DNA from: Candidatus Saccharimonadota bacterium
Lineage (GTDB): Bacteria > Patescibacteriota > Gracilibacteria > BD1-5 > UBA6164
Assembly (NCBI GenBank): GCA_963677765.1
Contig: OY782392.1
Coordinates: 90,001-122,000 of the forward strand
Direction: 5' to 3'
DNA: 32,000 nt
Positions 31,188 to 32,000 of this stretch are shown here, in pieces (position 1 is the stretch's first letter; each line of letters opens with the position of its first letter). Under the pieces are notes generated by a model that worked only from the letters and a program-made list of their open reading frames with translations, ran no database searches and had not been told where the DNA came from. A program made the translations under genes and the position numbers.

Positions 31188-32000
31188 ATGTCATATAACA
31201 ATTTTTCTGAATGATATAGAAAAGTATTAATAAATGCAGAAAATAATGCAAAAGAAGTTTGAATTAAAGAATTAACTATAGAAGATATATTTATAGAAAT
31301 TGTAAAAAATTCTACTTGATGAATAAAAGAGATATTTAATCTATATTGAATTAATGAAAAACTAACTATAGAAATAATAAACAAAGGTATATTCAATGAA
31401 ACAATAGAAAAAAGAAAATGAGTATATTCTTGAATGAATAATAGATTAAAAAATGCAATACTATGAAGTGTCAAAATAGCTGCATCATTTGCAAAAGACA
31501 AAGCATCTATAGAGGATTTTTTACTATCTATTATAGCAAATGATTCTTGGATAAATAGCTTTTTAGATTATATCGGAATAACTCCTAGTGATGTTGAAAA
31601 AAATCTAAGGGAGTTAAATAAACTATGAGCAATTGATTGAGTTAAACCTTGATTCCCTATAGAAGATGATTCTGAAGATATAGAGTTAGAATGAGAAGAA
31701 TCTATAAATAAATTATTATGAGCTTTGACTCAAAATTTATTATGAGAAAATCAAGCTACTCCATTTGATATGAACAAAGAACAAAAATGATCAAAAAATA
31801 GTGATTCTACTACTCCAGCATTAGATTTCTTTTCTACTGATTTAACAAAAGAAGCTAGAGAATGAAAAATAGATAAAATAATATGAAGAGATATAGAAGT
31901 AGAAAGACTTATAGCAATATTAAATAGAAAAACAAAAAATAATCCTGTTTTAGTATGAGAACCTTGAGTTGGTAAAACAGCTATAGCTGAGTGATTAGCA
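31188..32000 (+). CDS. ClpC/ClpB-type AAA+ chaperone ATPase, N-terminal part (3' end outside window)
   Basis: A Clp_N-like double repeat is followed by [63 protein letters not shown]. The Walker A motif is at 31953-31979, and two of its three Gly are TGA. Confidence 0.9.

Noticed and set aside
31172-31501. Track ORF 31172-31501 (-), 109 aa.
   Set aside because: It is antisense to the N-terminal domain of the Clp ATPase gene, which continues in frame into the Walker A motif.
1-32000. Frequent in-frame TGA in every recognisable gene could mean a heavily pseudogenised, decaying genome.
   Set aside because: The interruptions are all TGA, never TAA or TAG. They fall on conserved Gly positions, frames stay intact for up to about 3.2 kb, and genes end cleanly at TAA or TAG next to terminators. 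This is codon reassignment, not decay.
1-32000. TGA read as Trp (translation table 4, Mollicutes-like), suggested by the low GC content.
   Set aside because: TGA aligns with Gly in the Walker A, HIGH, Nudix, HAD DxDGT, PK and PLP-loop motifs. Conserved Trp positions use TGG.
1-32000. CRISPR arrays, transposases, integrases, prophage genes, and tRNA or rRNA genes.
   Set aside because: I saw no regularly spaced repeats, no terminal inverted repeats flanking genes, and no recombinase-like proteins in any retranslated frame. Apart from the T-box leader there is no G/C-rich structured segment.

Overview
This window is a very AT-rich, gene-dense bacterial segment that only makes sense when TGA is read as glycine (translation table 25, known from Absconditabacteria/SR1 and Gracilibacteria in the CPR/Patescibacteria). 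TGA falls on invariant Gly positions in many unrelated protein families, TGG still encodes Trp, and only TAA and TAG terminate genes. The supplied standard-code ORF track (19 ORFs of 60-182 aa) is therefore mostly fragments of real genes or spurious antisense and off-frame ORFs.

I retranslated by hand and checked each start and stop for frame consistency. This gives 28 CDS:
- pyruvate kinase (partial)
- an AbrB-like regulator, a 619-aa membrane-fusion lipoprotein and an RND pump, in one minus-strand operon
- a bacterial Elp3 homologue and a Nudix hydrolase
- an O-antigen-ligase-like membrane protein
- IlvA and RidA
- two HAD-like hydrolases
- a 461-aa protein with a possible RelA/SpoT-like nucleotidyltransferase core, plus a small ORF
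- a secreted CAP/SCP protein
- a T-box leader followed by five co-oriented genes (small protein, MazG-like NTP pyrophosphohydrolase, CYTH protein, small protein, IleRS)
- a beta-CASP metallo-beta-lactamase RNase-like protein with a large insertion
- a very acidic coiled-coil protein
- YbaB/EbfC
- an LCP protein and a class A PBP
- a 2-Cys peroxiredoxin, a YtxH-like protein, and the start of a ClpC/ClpB-type AAA+ chaperone

Most genes end in clear hairpin-plus-T-tract terminators, several of them shared by convergent genes. I recognised no rRNA, tRNA, CRISPR array or mobile element.

The items most worth a second look:
- the recoding itself
- an Ile-specific T-box that seems to present its AUC specifier in a short anticodon-loop-like hairpin and sits four genes upstream of ileS
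- the nucleotide-polyphosphate enzymes placed under that T-box
- an Elp3 wobble-U modification enzyme in a UGA-recoded genome
- strong gene-to-gene differences in TGA(Gly) use
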